A stretch of 64,000 nucleotides of DNA from Octopus bimaculoides (Eukaryota), in the NCBI RefSeq assembly GCF_001194135.2, contig NC_068984.1:126919967-126983966 (forward strand). Direction: 5' to 3'. The translations under genes were made by a program, and so were the position numbers. The first letter of the stretch is position 1; every line of letters starts with the position of its first letter. This document shows positions 11,383 through 22,098 of this stretch, in pieces. A model generated the notes under the pieces. It was not told the DNA's origin. It saw nothing but the letters and a program-made list of their open reading frames with translations, and did no database searches.

Positions 11383-12218
11383 ATGCTGGATCAGGTGATG
11401 AAGGTCATGGAGAGGGTCATAGCCCAGCTAATTAGGGAGAGAGTCTGCTTAGATGAGATACAGTTCAGTTTTGTGCCTGGTAAAAGCACCACTGATGCTA
11501 TATTCCTGGTAAGGCAACTGCAGGAGAAATACCTAGCCAAAGATAAACCTCTATACTTGGCTTTAGTGGACTTTGAGAAAGCCTTTGACAGGGCCCCCCA
11601 ATCCCTTATCTGGTGGGCGATGTAGAAACTAGGGATTGACAAGTGGTTAATAAGAGCTGTACAGGCCCTGTACAGAGATGCCATTAGTAAGGTTAGGGTT
11701 GGCAATGAGTATAGTGAAGAATTCCGGGTAGATGTAGGGGTCCACCAAGGGTCAGCCCTCAGTCCCCTCTTATTTATCATAGTCCTCCAGGCAATAACAA
11801 AGGAATTCAAGACAGGTTGCCCCTGGGAGCTTCTCTATGATCTTGCTCTCATAGCAGAATCACTAGCAGAACTAGAGAAGAAATTTCAGGTGTGGACGCA
11901 AGGTTTAGAATCGAAGGGCCTTGGTGTCAATGTTGCAAAAAACAAAGTCCTAGTAAGTAGGAAGGTGAACACATCACAAACCCCTTTAGGTAGATGGCCC
12001 TGCTTGATCTGTAGAAAAAGTGTAGGTAGAAATTCTATAAGATATACCCAGTGTAAGCTACGGATGCATAAGAGTTGCAGCAACATCAAAGGAAGCTTAG
12101 ATAGCTTTCGTGTGTTGCAGATGCACAGGGGCAATAAATGCCATCACGTGCCAGTGGGAGAAACTAGAAGTAGTCAATAGCTTCCGCTACCTAGGTGACC
12201 AAGTCTGTAGAGGGGGGT
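11383..12218 (+). mobile_element. RTE-clade LINE reverse transcriptase fragment (5' and 3' truncated, inactive)
   Basis: QFSFVPGKSTTDAIF, VDFEKAFDR, VGVHQGSALSPLLF, LLY[AD]DL, GLGVNVAK, Cys-rich finger WPCLIC..C..H..C, FRYLGD; internal stop at 11623-11625. Confidence 0.95.
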
Positions 12219-12603
12219 AATGGATATTAGTCTCCTGATTATTAATACTATATTAATATGCACAAACATTCTCATCAGCATATTTATTGCATAAACATTA
12301 TACAATTAGAGGGGGAAACTGACATGTGGCTTTGGCAAATGGGATATTAATTGAGAAAGCGGAAGTTTATAACGACATTGACTGAGTCACATTTAGGTAA
12401 AATTAGAACATAGGAACTTAACTGTTAATTCAAGACCTGTTGTTACATGAACGGCAATTGAGCAAGTGATGATATTAGTGAAAAAACTATTCCTTAAATA
12501 TATGATCGAATGGTGTGTTAAGGGCTTTATCTGAACGAATGTGTCTCCACATACTTAAACAGCCTTACAAGATGTCATAATATTTAATTACTATTGTTAT
12601 TAC

Positions 12604-12634
<31 letters not shown>

Positions 12635-12744
12635 ATCAATTATTAATACCATATTAATATGCATGTACATTTTAATCAGCATATTTATCATATGAACATT
12701 ATATATTATCATGTTTCAATAATAATAATAATGATAATAATGAT

Positions 12745-13135
12745 CCTTTCTGCTAAAGGCACAAGGCCTGAAGTTTTGGAGGAAGAAACTAGTCAATTAC
12801 ATTGAACCCAGTTTACAACTGATACTTATTTTATCAACCCTGAAAGGATAAAAGTCAAAATCAACCACAGCAGAATTTGAACTCAGAATGTAAAGATGGA
12901 CAAAATGCTACTATGCATTTTGCCTGGCATACCGACTATTCTGCCAGCTTGCTGTCTTAATAATGATTATAATTATAATGATAATAATGATCTCAAATTT
13001 TGGCACAAGGCCAGCAGTTTCGTGAGAGAGGGTAAGTCAATTATATCAACCCAATGCTTGACTGGTACTTATTTTATCAACCCCAAAAGGATGAAAGGTA
13101 AAGTCAACCTCTGGAATTTGAACTCAGAATGTGTG
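12745..13135 (-). mobile_element. Two adjacent SINE family C fragments
   Basis: GGCACAAGGCC..ACTTATTTTATCAACCC..GAAAGG..AAAGTCAA..GAATTTGAACTCAGAATGT occurs at 12768-12900 and again at 13002-13135. Confidence 0.75.
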
Positions 13136-13194
13136 GTTGTTCGGTAAGAAATTGTCGAACTCTCATACATCGCCTAACGACGGGAGAGTCCATC

Positions 13195-13246
<52 letters not shown>

Positions 13247-13344
13247 TTATGGTAGTTTCTTCTAGATCAAGAAAGACAATTCTGCAATTTCTTGTATAGC
13301 CTGCTCAACTAATTTGTTTATAGTGCTCAAATGTGTGCACTGTG

Positions 13345-13500
13345 CATTGGCTCATAGGTGCACAGTGTAGCACACATCAGATGTCAAAATTATTGCAGAA
13401 CAACATGAGATGATGTTTTTTCGCTCAAAAACACAATGCACCACCTGATCCAGGAATTGAAACCACGATCTTGTAATTGTGAGTACAACTAGGAGATGCA
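13345..13500 (-). mobile_element. SINE family B head
   Basis: GCTCAAAAACACAATGCACCACCTGATCCAGGAATTGAAACCACGATC is the reverse complement of the family B head. Confidence 0.7.
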
Positions 13501-13854
13501 CCCTCATATACACATTTACATATATATATATATAAATATATATTACCAATTATATACTCACACATATACATTTACAAACATAGTTACACTAATATTATAT
13601 GTCTGCATGAATGTATGCAATTAACTATGCACATGCAAGTGAGACAATTATTCCATCACACAGTTTAGTTTATTCATTCATTGAATGATGAGGCATTATT
13701 CTGTCAATATTGTGAATTTCCTGTTCCTATCATGTTCCTAGAAGTGAAACCACTTACCTTCAAGAACATGCAAAAGAACAGGAAATTCAGACATAGTAAC
13801 AGTGAGTAGGTGCAACTTTGAAGATACACACGCACATGTAATTATATATCAATA

Positions 13855-13889
<35 letters not shown>

Positions 13890-14469
13890 NNNNNNNNNNN
13901 NNNNNNNNNNNNNNNNNNNNNNNNNNNNNNNNNNNNNNNNNNNNNNNNNNNNNNNNNNNNNNNNNNNNNNNNNNNNNNNNNNNNNNNNNNNNNNNNNNNN
14001 NNNNNNNNNNNNNNNNNNNNNNNNNNNNNNNNNNNNNNNNNNNNNNNNNNNNNNNNNNNNNNNNNNNNNNNNNNNNNNNNNNNNNNNNNNNNNNNNNNNN
14101 NNNNNNNNNNNNNNNNNNNNNNNNNNNNNNNNNNNNNNNNNNNNNNNNNNNNNNNNNNNNNNNNNNNNNNNNNNNNNNNNNNNNNNNNNNNNNNNNNNNN
14201 NNNNNNNNNNNNNNNNNNNNNNNNNNNNNNNNNNNNNNNNNNNNNNNNNNNNNNNNNNNNNNNNNNNNNNNNNNNNNNNNNNNNNNNNNNNNNNNNNNNN
14301 NNNNNNNNNNNNNNNNNNNNNNNNNNNNNNNNNNNNNNNNNNNNNNNNNNNNNNNNNNNNNNNNNNNNNNNNNNNNNNNNNNNNNNNNNNNNNNNNNNNN
14401 NNNNNNNNNNNNNNNNNNNNNNNNNNNNNNNNNNNNNNNNNNNNNNNNNNNNNNNNNNNNNNNNNTATG

Positions 14470-14503
<34 letters not shown>

Positions 14504-14505
<2 letters not shown>

Positions 14506-15382
14506 GGGTACAGTGAATAAACTGTCGTCTAAATTGTGCAAAATCGAAAATAACACTGACATCTCATTTTAACAGATATATTTACCAAAATTACATAAAA
14601 ATATCTTGAAATACTAAAGAGTAAATTTATTCTATAAAATCACCATTGACTTCAACCATGGTCTCCAGACAACTTTGGAATCTCCTGCAACTCTTCTGGA
14701 CAGTCTCCTTTTTTAAGTAGGTGAATGCTGCCATAATCCTTGCCTTTAGTTCATCTTTGGTTTTAAAAGGAGTTTTGTTGGTCTCTTGCCCCACACATAA
14801 TAATCAAGGAGGTTGCAGTCTGGGAAATTACATGGCCAGATGTTAGGGGTGATGTGGTCACAGAAATTGTCTGACAGCCAGGAATGGGTCCTCCTGCTTG
14901 TGTGGCATGGTGCGGAGTCCTGTTGCCAGACACAGGGTCTTCCAGCAGCCACCCTCTTGACCCAGGGCAGCACAACTTCCTCCAGGCACTTTATGTAGGC
15001 CTCCCTGTGGAGTCTGAGGCCGTCTGGAAAGATGAATGGAAGCATAACATCACCATCACTAGTGATCACTCCAAACACCATGATGCTGACTGGATGTTTG
15101 ATTTTTATCACTCTCAGTACATGTCCTCAAATTGCTCTGTCCTCAGATTGACACCCAAACACTCTGAAATGTTCATATTGGAACTTCTGACATGAATGCC
15201 AAGCAGCACAGCATATCATTTCCAAATTTCTGGCATAGTGTATTGCGTCATGGTGCTGTTTTTCTCACAGATCGTGCCCAACTGACCCTACCATACTGTG
15301 TAGTTGACAAAATCAAAAGCAAACAATGCGCAAGTGTAAAATTAAAAATATAAAATGGTGACAGTTTACCTGTCATACCCTG
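14504..15382 (-). mobile_element. DD37D (maT) Tc1/mariner transposon, internally deleted, both ends present
   Basis: KIKHPVSIMVFGVITSDG..WQQDSAPCH..PDCNLLDYYVWG with exactly 37 residues between the second and third Asp; imperfect TIRs (C/T)AGGGT..TAAACTGTC. Confidence 0.9.
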
Positions 15383-15425
15383 CATATATACACATGTGTG
15401 TACATATATGTGTGTGTGTGTGTGT

Positions 15426-15786
15426 GAAGGCACATGCCTCAGTGGTTAGAGCACTGGACTCGCAATCATGAGGTAGTGAGTTCGATTCCTGGACCAGGTT
15501 CTGTGTTGTTCCGGTCCACTCAGCTATGGATGGAAACTGAAAGAAGCCCGTCATATATATATGTATTTATATCTATATGCGTATGTCTGTGTTTGTACTC
15601 CCCATCACCACTTGATAACCGGTGTTGGTGTGTTTACATCCCCATAACATGGCGGTTCAGCAAAATAGACTGAGAGAATAAGTACCGGGCTTTAAAAAAT
15701 AAGTACTGGGGTCGATTCAGGTGATTAAAAATCCAAAGCAGTACCCCAGCGTGGCCGTAGTCTAATGACTAAAACAGGTAAAAAAG
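15426..15786 (+). mobile_element. Mosaic SINE: family B head plus family A 3' half
   Basis: GAAGGCACATGCCTCAGTGGTTAGAGC..GTTCGATTCC then GGAAACTGAAAGAAGCCCGTC..ATAAGTACTGGGGTCGATT. Confidence 0.8.
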
Positions 15787-15793
15787 ATACATT

Positions 15794-15828
<35 letters not shown>

Positions 15829-16167
15829 TTATGTATGCATATATGTATGTACATACATATCAACAGCAGAGGTAACTCACAGTGTTAAATAAGAATTCAA
15901 AAATCTTCTATCAGTTTCAAATAAATAAATATATACATCAATAAATAATCACGGCCAGGTGTTATCAAATTCTTTGTGTTATAATATTTTAAATTCCTCA
16001 CACACACCTTTGTTTATTAATTGCGAATTGGAAATATCTTTTGCCACTCACCTCGTATATATGTTGTGTTGTTCTTGTATACTTCCTGATCAACCTTAAA
16101 TCAAGTTGACTTATGATCAAAGATGTTCCAGTTTTTTTTTTTTTTGCAGTCTTAATCTATATATAGT

Positions 16168-16529
16168 GGAGGCGCAATGGCCCAGTGGTTAGGGCAGCGG
16201 ACTCGCGGTCATAGGATCGCGGTTTCAATTCCCAGACCGGGCGTTGTGAGTGTTTATTGAGCGAAAAACACCTAAAAGCTCCAGGGGATGGCAGCGAACC
16301 CTGCTGTACTCTTCCACCGCAACTTTCTCTCACTCTTACTTACTGCCTGTAATTCAAAGGGTCAGCCTTGTCACACTGTGTCATGCTGAATATCCCCGAG
16401 AACTTCGTTAAGGGTACACGTGTCTGTGGAGTGCTCAGCCACTTGCACGTTAATTTCACAAGCAGGCTGTTCCGTTGATCGGATCAACTGGAACCCTCGA
16501 CGTCGTAAGCGACGGAGTGCCAACAACAA
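16168..16529 (+). mobile_element. Near full-length, CpG-rich tRNA-derived SINE (family B) with (CAA)n tail
   Basis: A box TGGCCCAGTGG 16178-16188, B-box-like GGTTTCAATTCCC 16221-16233, ends GGAGTGCCAACAACAA. Confidence 0.9.
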
Positions 16530-16684
16530 GTCCGGGGTATACTTTGTAAATCTTCTTTGACTCTCCAGACTCGTACTATTTTCTTGATCACTCTGTATTC
16601 TTTTGCAGCATCCCAGTTAGCGTACGCTACTATTTTCAGCTTAGACCTAACTTCATATTTCCTTCGTTTATTAGTTGGAGCCAT
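16530..16684 (-). pseudogene. pogo-type transposase N-terminal HTH (Brinker-like DBD) fragment
   Basis: MAPTNKRRKYEVRSKLKIVAYA..AAKEYRV..IVRVWR matches the KRRxY..FKLxxxxxA..AARxFxV....VRxWR pattern. Confidence 0.6.
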
Positions 16685-17080
16685 GATAGGGTTTTATGAT
16701 AACAGAAGAATAATGTTCACTCAGAGGATGTGCTACTGCTCAGAGCTGAGTGACTACTTGGGCCTTTTCAAGAAAATTTGTCCTTATATGTTCTTAAGTA
16801 CTGGGAACTACAAGGATTTATTTTTGATTGACCATTTACAGAATCAACAATTGCAGCGTGGAATGTGTTTAAAACCATTTAAAAACACATAAAAACCGTT
16901 AGATTCACTTCAACATTTAAATTAATTATATTTTCGTCGCTTTGAAATCACGATCTGTTCACTGACAAAATTCTGTGCTAGCACATGATCTTAGATCAAA
17001 TCACTTGCGATGCAAGTACATCTTCAACATTCACAGAATATTTTATCTGTAATAGCGCACAAACCACTTGTATTTTAGCG

Positions 17081-17351
17081 CAGGGGTTTTCAAACTGTGG
17101 TCCACGGACCACAGGGGTCCGCAAGTACAAGACAGGGGGTCCGTGGACAGCAAATACTTTTTATGGGCAATTTGATTTTATATATGTTTTTTAATCGAAA
17201 TCTTTTAATTGACAATAAACCTATTTCTTAAATACTGTTAAATAAATAAATGTAAAAATATATGTTATTTTAAGCAAATATTTATGTATAAATTTCATAA
17301 GCCTTTATAAGGGTAAAGCCTGAAATATAAAGGGGTCCGTAAGTCAAAAAG
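17081..17351. mobile_element. hAT-type MITE with 8-bp target-site duplication
   Basis: 5' TIR CAGGGGTTTTCAAACT, subterminal GGGGTCCG motifs at both ends, TTTTAGCG at 17073-17080 and 17352-17359. Confidence 0.8.
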
Positions 17352-18599
17352 TTTTAGCGTAACTACAGTTATCCTGAAAGCCCTCGGTTGGCCAAGCGCC
17401 TCGGCAAAGCTGTGTGAAAAAGTGCTATGTCGAATGTAAACACAGTGGATCCTGGAACTCTAGTTATTTACTGTTCATCATTGTCAACTGTTGCAACTAG
17501 CGATTGGAATATATCAACAAATTTGCTGAGTTGTTTTTTTGAAGGTATGTTAGACAGGTTTATATTATATTTTGATATAATCCAGTTTCCCAAACATATC
17601 TGTGAAGTCTCATTAGAATATATTTAGTAGTAGGACCGTTGTAACTATGCAGGTACTTTACATGTTCTCCATAGCCATTGGTGCCACTCCACACAGCATG
17701 TTAAGGTTTGGATTTTATACTCAGTGTTTAAGACGACCCCAGGTTTGGAGGCGATTCTTTTTAAGGTTCAAATTCCGTCCTGTACACCGATATATGCAAT
17801 TGTTCTATTTCTCTTTGGCTTGATGAATTAAATATTTTTGGAAGCAGTGCTATATGTCTTCATTAACAAATCAGAAATATCATCAGGGTTGCTTAATGTT
17901 TTGGCTAAATTGTTGCATAAAATATTGAATAAAAGTAAGTCACTAAGTAAAAGTAAGTCACTACTTACAAGCAATAATACATTTAATTCATTAACATATC
18001 ACATGCAGTGAACGTAGAAAATCCATACCTACAGTAAAGAAAAGATAATGTTTGCTCAAGGACTTAAAATATTTTAGTGATTTTAGCAAGTATGGGAGGT
18101 AACTCCAGACAGGTTTTGATCTTAGATTTCCTCAGCGAAGACTAAGGTATGACAGCATCACCTATGACAATCACTTTTATACTTTAATAAATATAAAAGT
18201 GATTCATATCTAATGAATCACTTAATGCATAAAAGTGACTCATTACATATGAATTATTTACATACCTAACTGATTTTAAATAATTCATAAAATAAAGGCA
18301 AAATGTTATACAAGAATATGTGTGAAAATTATCATTTGTACAGCATAAGAATAAATAAGTCAGTGAAGTTAATCACTTAGAAACGCCATATCCATGAAAA
18401 ACTATAGATGGATTAGTGTGAGCATATTTAATGTTGTTTACTGTATTCTGGTTGTATAATACTAAGTCTTCTCCTCTGACTTAGTTGACATGGCCTGTGA
18501 TCCAAGGTATTGCAGCATGTAGGACTACGTTATATAATGTGTCTTTCTTTTAAGACAATGAGGTATGATTTGAGAGATATTTGGGTGCTATCTCTAGCA

Positions 18600-19085
18600 A
18601 ATCAAGCGACCATATAGATGGTTGTTCGTTGGCTCATATTCTGCAGATCTTAAGGATTGAAGTTCTGTTTCCAAGAGTTTTGTTATTTCCTTATACCTTC
18701 TGAGAGATGATTTACTTTTTTTTATATATAAATTGTGAAGCCTTTTTATCCAAAACTTTTTGAAATGTTCTGGTCCCTTAGGTTTCTCAATGTCTTTTCT
18801 AAACGATGTTTTAAATTCTTCAACTATTATTGAAATTACTTGTTGTTTCTCCAACTACGATCAATTTGGGCATTACTTGTTGTAATTCTCAGAGAAAAAT
18901 ATTTTATTCAAATATTTCGAACCAGAATTTTTCAATTCATTCCTTTTATAAAAATCTATTCTATTTCTATATTTTGCATATTTAGTTTCTCTGTACAACT
19001 TTCTATTTTCACTAAACATTTTATTTTGCAATAAATTGCTTGTATCTATTTTCGTATCATCTGATCCACTGAGATTTGGTGACAA
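18600..19085 (-). mobile_element. Decayed non-LTR retrotransposon ORF fragment (R4/NeSL-like, region just N-terminal of RT)
   Basis: KYRNRIDFYKRNEL.. and ..KPKGPEHFKKFWIKRLHNLY.. resemble the RxxxYxxNxLF and PGPDxIxNFWxKxL blocks. Confidence 0.5.
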
Positions 19086-19594
19086 TTAGCTGTTTTAGAC
19101 GTTTATCTAATTACCGATATTATTTTTAACTCTGTTTCTTGTATATCATTTTAGCTTTCTTTCTTTCTTTCTTTCTTTCTTTATATATATATATATATAT
19201 ATATATCGATATATTTGCTTAAACAGATTTCATATTTCTGTTTGTATTGATTAAACCTTTCTGTTTTAATCTGTTTCTCTATGTTTATTTTGAACACTGC
19301 CTGACTTTCTTTTTTTCCTTATCGAATATTTTCATGTTCTGTTCCCCCACCACACTGTTTTACGTTTTTCTAATAGGTGTTACGTAGAATATGTGTGGCC
19401 TACAATACGTTGTATCTTTTTTAGTATCTGGGATGTGGAGAATTTGCTAAATTGCTTTACCTGAACTTCTTTAAAAATTCGTCCTTCTCATCTGTGTTAT
19501 TTTTAAGCAAATTTAAGAATAACAATGGAATATTTACCACATAACTGAACAAAATTCTCCCATCCCTACTTCTTTTGTTCATATTTGTTTCTAT

Positions 19595-19765
19595 TATAGG
19601 CACAAGGCCTGAAGTTTTGAAGCTAGTCGATTACATCGAACATCAGTGGTATTTATTTTATCGATCCCAAAACGATGGAAAACAAAGTTGACCTTAGCAG
19701 AATTTAAACTCAGAACATAAAGAGTTGGAAGAAATACTGCTAAGCATTTGGCCCGACGTGCTTCC
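19595..19765 (-). mobile_element. SINE family C
   Basis: GGCACAAGGCCTGAAG..TTTATCGATCCCAAAACGATGG..AGAATTTAAACTCAGAAC..GCTAAGCATTTGGCCCGACGTGC. Confidence 0.75.
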
Positions 19766-19915
19766 AATTTGTTTTCTCATAAAGATTCCAAGTACTATTT
19801 CACCCTTTCCCATATGAAATGTGTTAAATGTCATATTTACGTAGATGGAAATTGAATACTTGAGAAAAGAGTAAGATAACATTTATTGTAAAAATCGTGT
19901 TGAGTGGGACTTTTT

Positions 19916-20123
19916 AGGGTAATTTTTCAGATTAACACCCGCACAATTTTCACTAAGATGTTAGGGTTAGGGTTTTAGGGTTTTAGGGTTAGGATTAGAA
20001 TTAGGGTTTAGGGTTAGGGTTAGGGTTAGGGTTTTAGGGTCAGGGTTAGGATTTTAGGGTAAGGTTTAGGGTTTAGGGTTAGGATTAGGTAATCGTGCGA
20101 GGGTTAATCTGAAAAATTACCCT
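19916..20123. mobile_element. MITE-like element: 33-bp TIRs enclosing a telomere-like repeat array
   Basis: Left TIR 19916-19948 and right TIR 20091-20123 match at 30/33 positions; 206 bp if counted from GGG to CCC. Confidence 0.8.
19961..20090 (+). repeat. Interstitial telomere-like (TTAGGG)n array, 20 variant units
   Basis: TTAGGG with TTTAGGG, TTTTAGGG, TTAGGA, TTAGAA, TCAGGG, TAAGGT and TTAGGT variants; 130 bp, single orientation. Confidence 0.95.
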
Positions 20124-20396
20124 TTTAAGTTTCAATTTGAGTGATGCAAATGGGTTTTAGGAACTTGGAATTTGTTAAAATTTGTGAAGCTGAGTTTGGG
20201 AAAGTGAGGTTAGATGTTATAAGGATCCATCCTCACCTCAAAAGCTGAAAAAATAGAGCAATATCAGGCCCCTGTCTACCCCACTGAGCGACAGCTTATT
20301 CAGACAAAACCTGAAGTCGCAGTTAACATAAGTTATACTCTATACTGTGGCAGTATCTACCAACTTTATTAAATTTTGGTAAATTTTTAATGATGT

Positions 20397-20650
20397 GAAG
20401 GCACGTAGCTTAGTGGTTAGGGTGTCAGCGTCATGATCGTAAGATTGTGGTTTCGATTCCTGGACCGGGTGATGCGTTGTGTTCTTGAGCAAAACACTTT
20501 ATTTCACATTGCTCCAGTCCACTCAGTTGGCAAAAATGAGTAACGCTGCGATGGACTGGCGTCCCGTCCAGCTGGGGAACTCATACGCCATTGAAACCTG
20601 GAAACCGGGCCCATGAGCCTGGCTAGGCTTTAAAAGGGCGCATTTATTTT
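20397..20650 (+). mobile_element. SINE family B, well preserved
   Basis: GAAGGCACGTAGCTTAGTGGTTAGGG..GGTTTCGATTCC..CORE-like TTGAGCAAAACACTT..CAGTCCACTCAG; tail GGGCGCATTTATTTTT. Confidence 0.85.
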
Positions 20651-21159
20651 TTATTTAAATTTTTACTGATACATCTGTCTCACAAGATGGGTATAATCTC
20701 TAGTCAATGGGCTTCCCGAATAGCTAGCTATCATTACATTATGTATATTTTAAAGGTGTTGATATATATACTTTCTGTGTCATGGATGTTTTAGGGATTG
20801 TAGTTTTGTTTCTGTGTCTTAGTTGTTGTTTTTAAGCCGTGTCTTTTCCAGATGATACTCTTTTACTCTTTTACTTGTTTCAGTCATTTGACTGTGGCCA
20901 TGCTGGAGCACCGCCTTTAGTCGAGAAAATCGACCCATGTTTTATAAATATTAGCACTTGTGAATTTGAGTCCCACAGGCAACCTTCGACTTTTTCTGTC
21001 CAAAAGAGTTTTCCATCCTAATATTTATACGCTTTTATGTATAGTTCATGTGATGTGCTTTGAGATCCAATGTTCCAACAAAGAACTATTTCATGTTCCC
21101 ATGAAAGTTTATTAAATTCATATGATGTCAACAATGTGTGAGTGTATATATATATATAT

Positions 21160-21320
21160 GATGAGCTTCTATACAGTTTCCATCTACCAAATTCACTCAC
21201 AAGGCATTGGTCAGCTTGAGGCTATAGCAGAAGTTGCTTGCTCAAGGTGATTCATAGTAGAGCTGAACCTGAAACCACATGGTTGCAAAGCAAAATTCTT
21301 AACCACACAAACATGCCATA
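21160..21320 (-). mobile_element. SINE family A, 5' half
   Basis: CAGTTTCCATCTACCAAATTCACTCACAAGGC..GAACCTGAAACCACATGGTTG. Confidence 0.75.
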
Positions 21321-22098
21321 AGTATTGACTGTTCTTTTTTTTGACTCTAGGTCGTCTGATGGTGGTTATTTTCTTCACAATAAGTCTTCTAAATTTTGAT
21401 TAATTTCTTCAATTTGTCTTCTGAGAGTTGGTTACTTTTTATAATGTTTTTTTGTTTTCTTAAACTGTAATGAAACAAGATTTATTATTCTTCTTTTGGG
21501 AAGGAAGAACTGACGTAGTTTTCTCTGTCTGTTGGTGTAACAAAAGTGATGATTTCAAATACATAGTTGAAAGGACTAAGGAAAGAGCTTTTCCTTTCCC
21601 TTTGAACTAAAATCTCATCTTCTTCAAGTACCACATTAAGTGGATATAAAAGTGGAGACAGAAGTGCTGTCCTCCAGAAATCCTTATGTGAGATGTGCAA
21701 GAGTAATGAATATAGTTTCAAGAAGAAGACTGACCTTTTGTTTCACCTGGGAGCTAGAGCTATTCTGATAATAATGAGGATCTCTGAGCTAATAATCATA
21801 ACAGAAAAGGTTGAAATACCAGATAATATGTTGTTAGTCAACAACAGATCTGGCATGATTGAGTTAACTTGATTTAGAGGTATTCCAGCTGTGACCATCT
21901 GTCCTACTTTCAGACATTGTAAATCTGTACCTAGAATTACATTATCCAATGTGTCCTGTTTTGTATAAGTCAGTGGTAGTAATTCCAAGAAGACTTAGCT
22001 GCTATTTCTATGAGTTAAGTCATCACATAGGGATTTTCTCCTTTGGCTTGTACTAATAGGCAGTTATCTTTAAATTAACATCAGTCTGTGAAGGACTT

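Noticed and set aside
11391-11810. 139-aa minus-strand ORF
   Set aside because: It is antisense to the RTE reverse transcriptase.
16168-16245. Functional tRNA gene at SINE heads (also 20397, 49577)
   Set aside because: A/B boxes are present but there is no closed cloverleaf, and the sequence continues into multi-copy SINE bodies.
17400-17960. Decayed coding sequence between the hAT MITE and AT-rich DNA
   Set aside because: All frames examined have stops and no motif I can name.
18195-18225. 11-bp inverted repeat AAGTGATTCAT/ATGAATCACTT as a terminator or regulatory hairpin
   Set aside because: It is short, AT-rich and expected by chance or local slippage in this context.
19961-20090. True telomere or end-to-end fusion scar
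   Set aside because: It is short, degenerate, single-orientation (no head-to-head TTAGGG/CCCTAA) and enclosed by TIRs.
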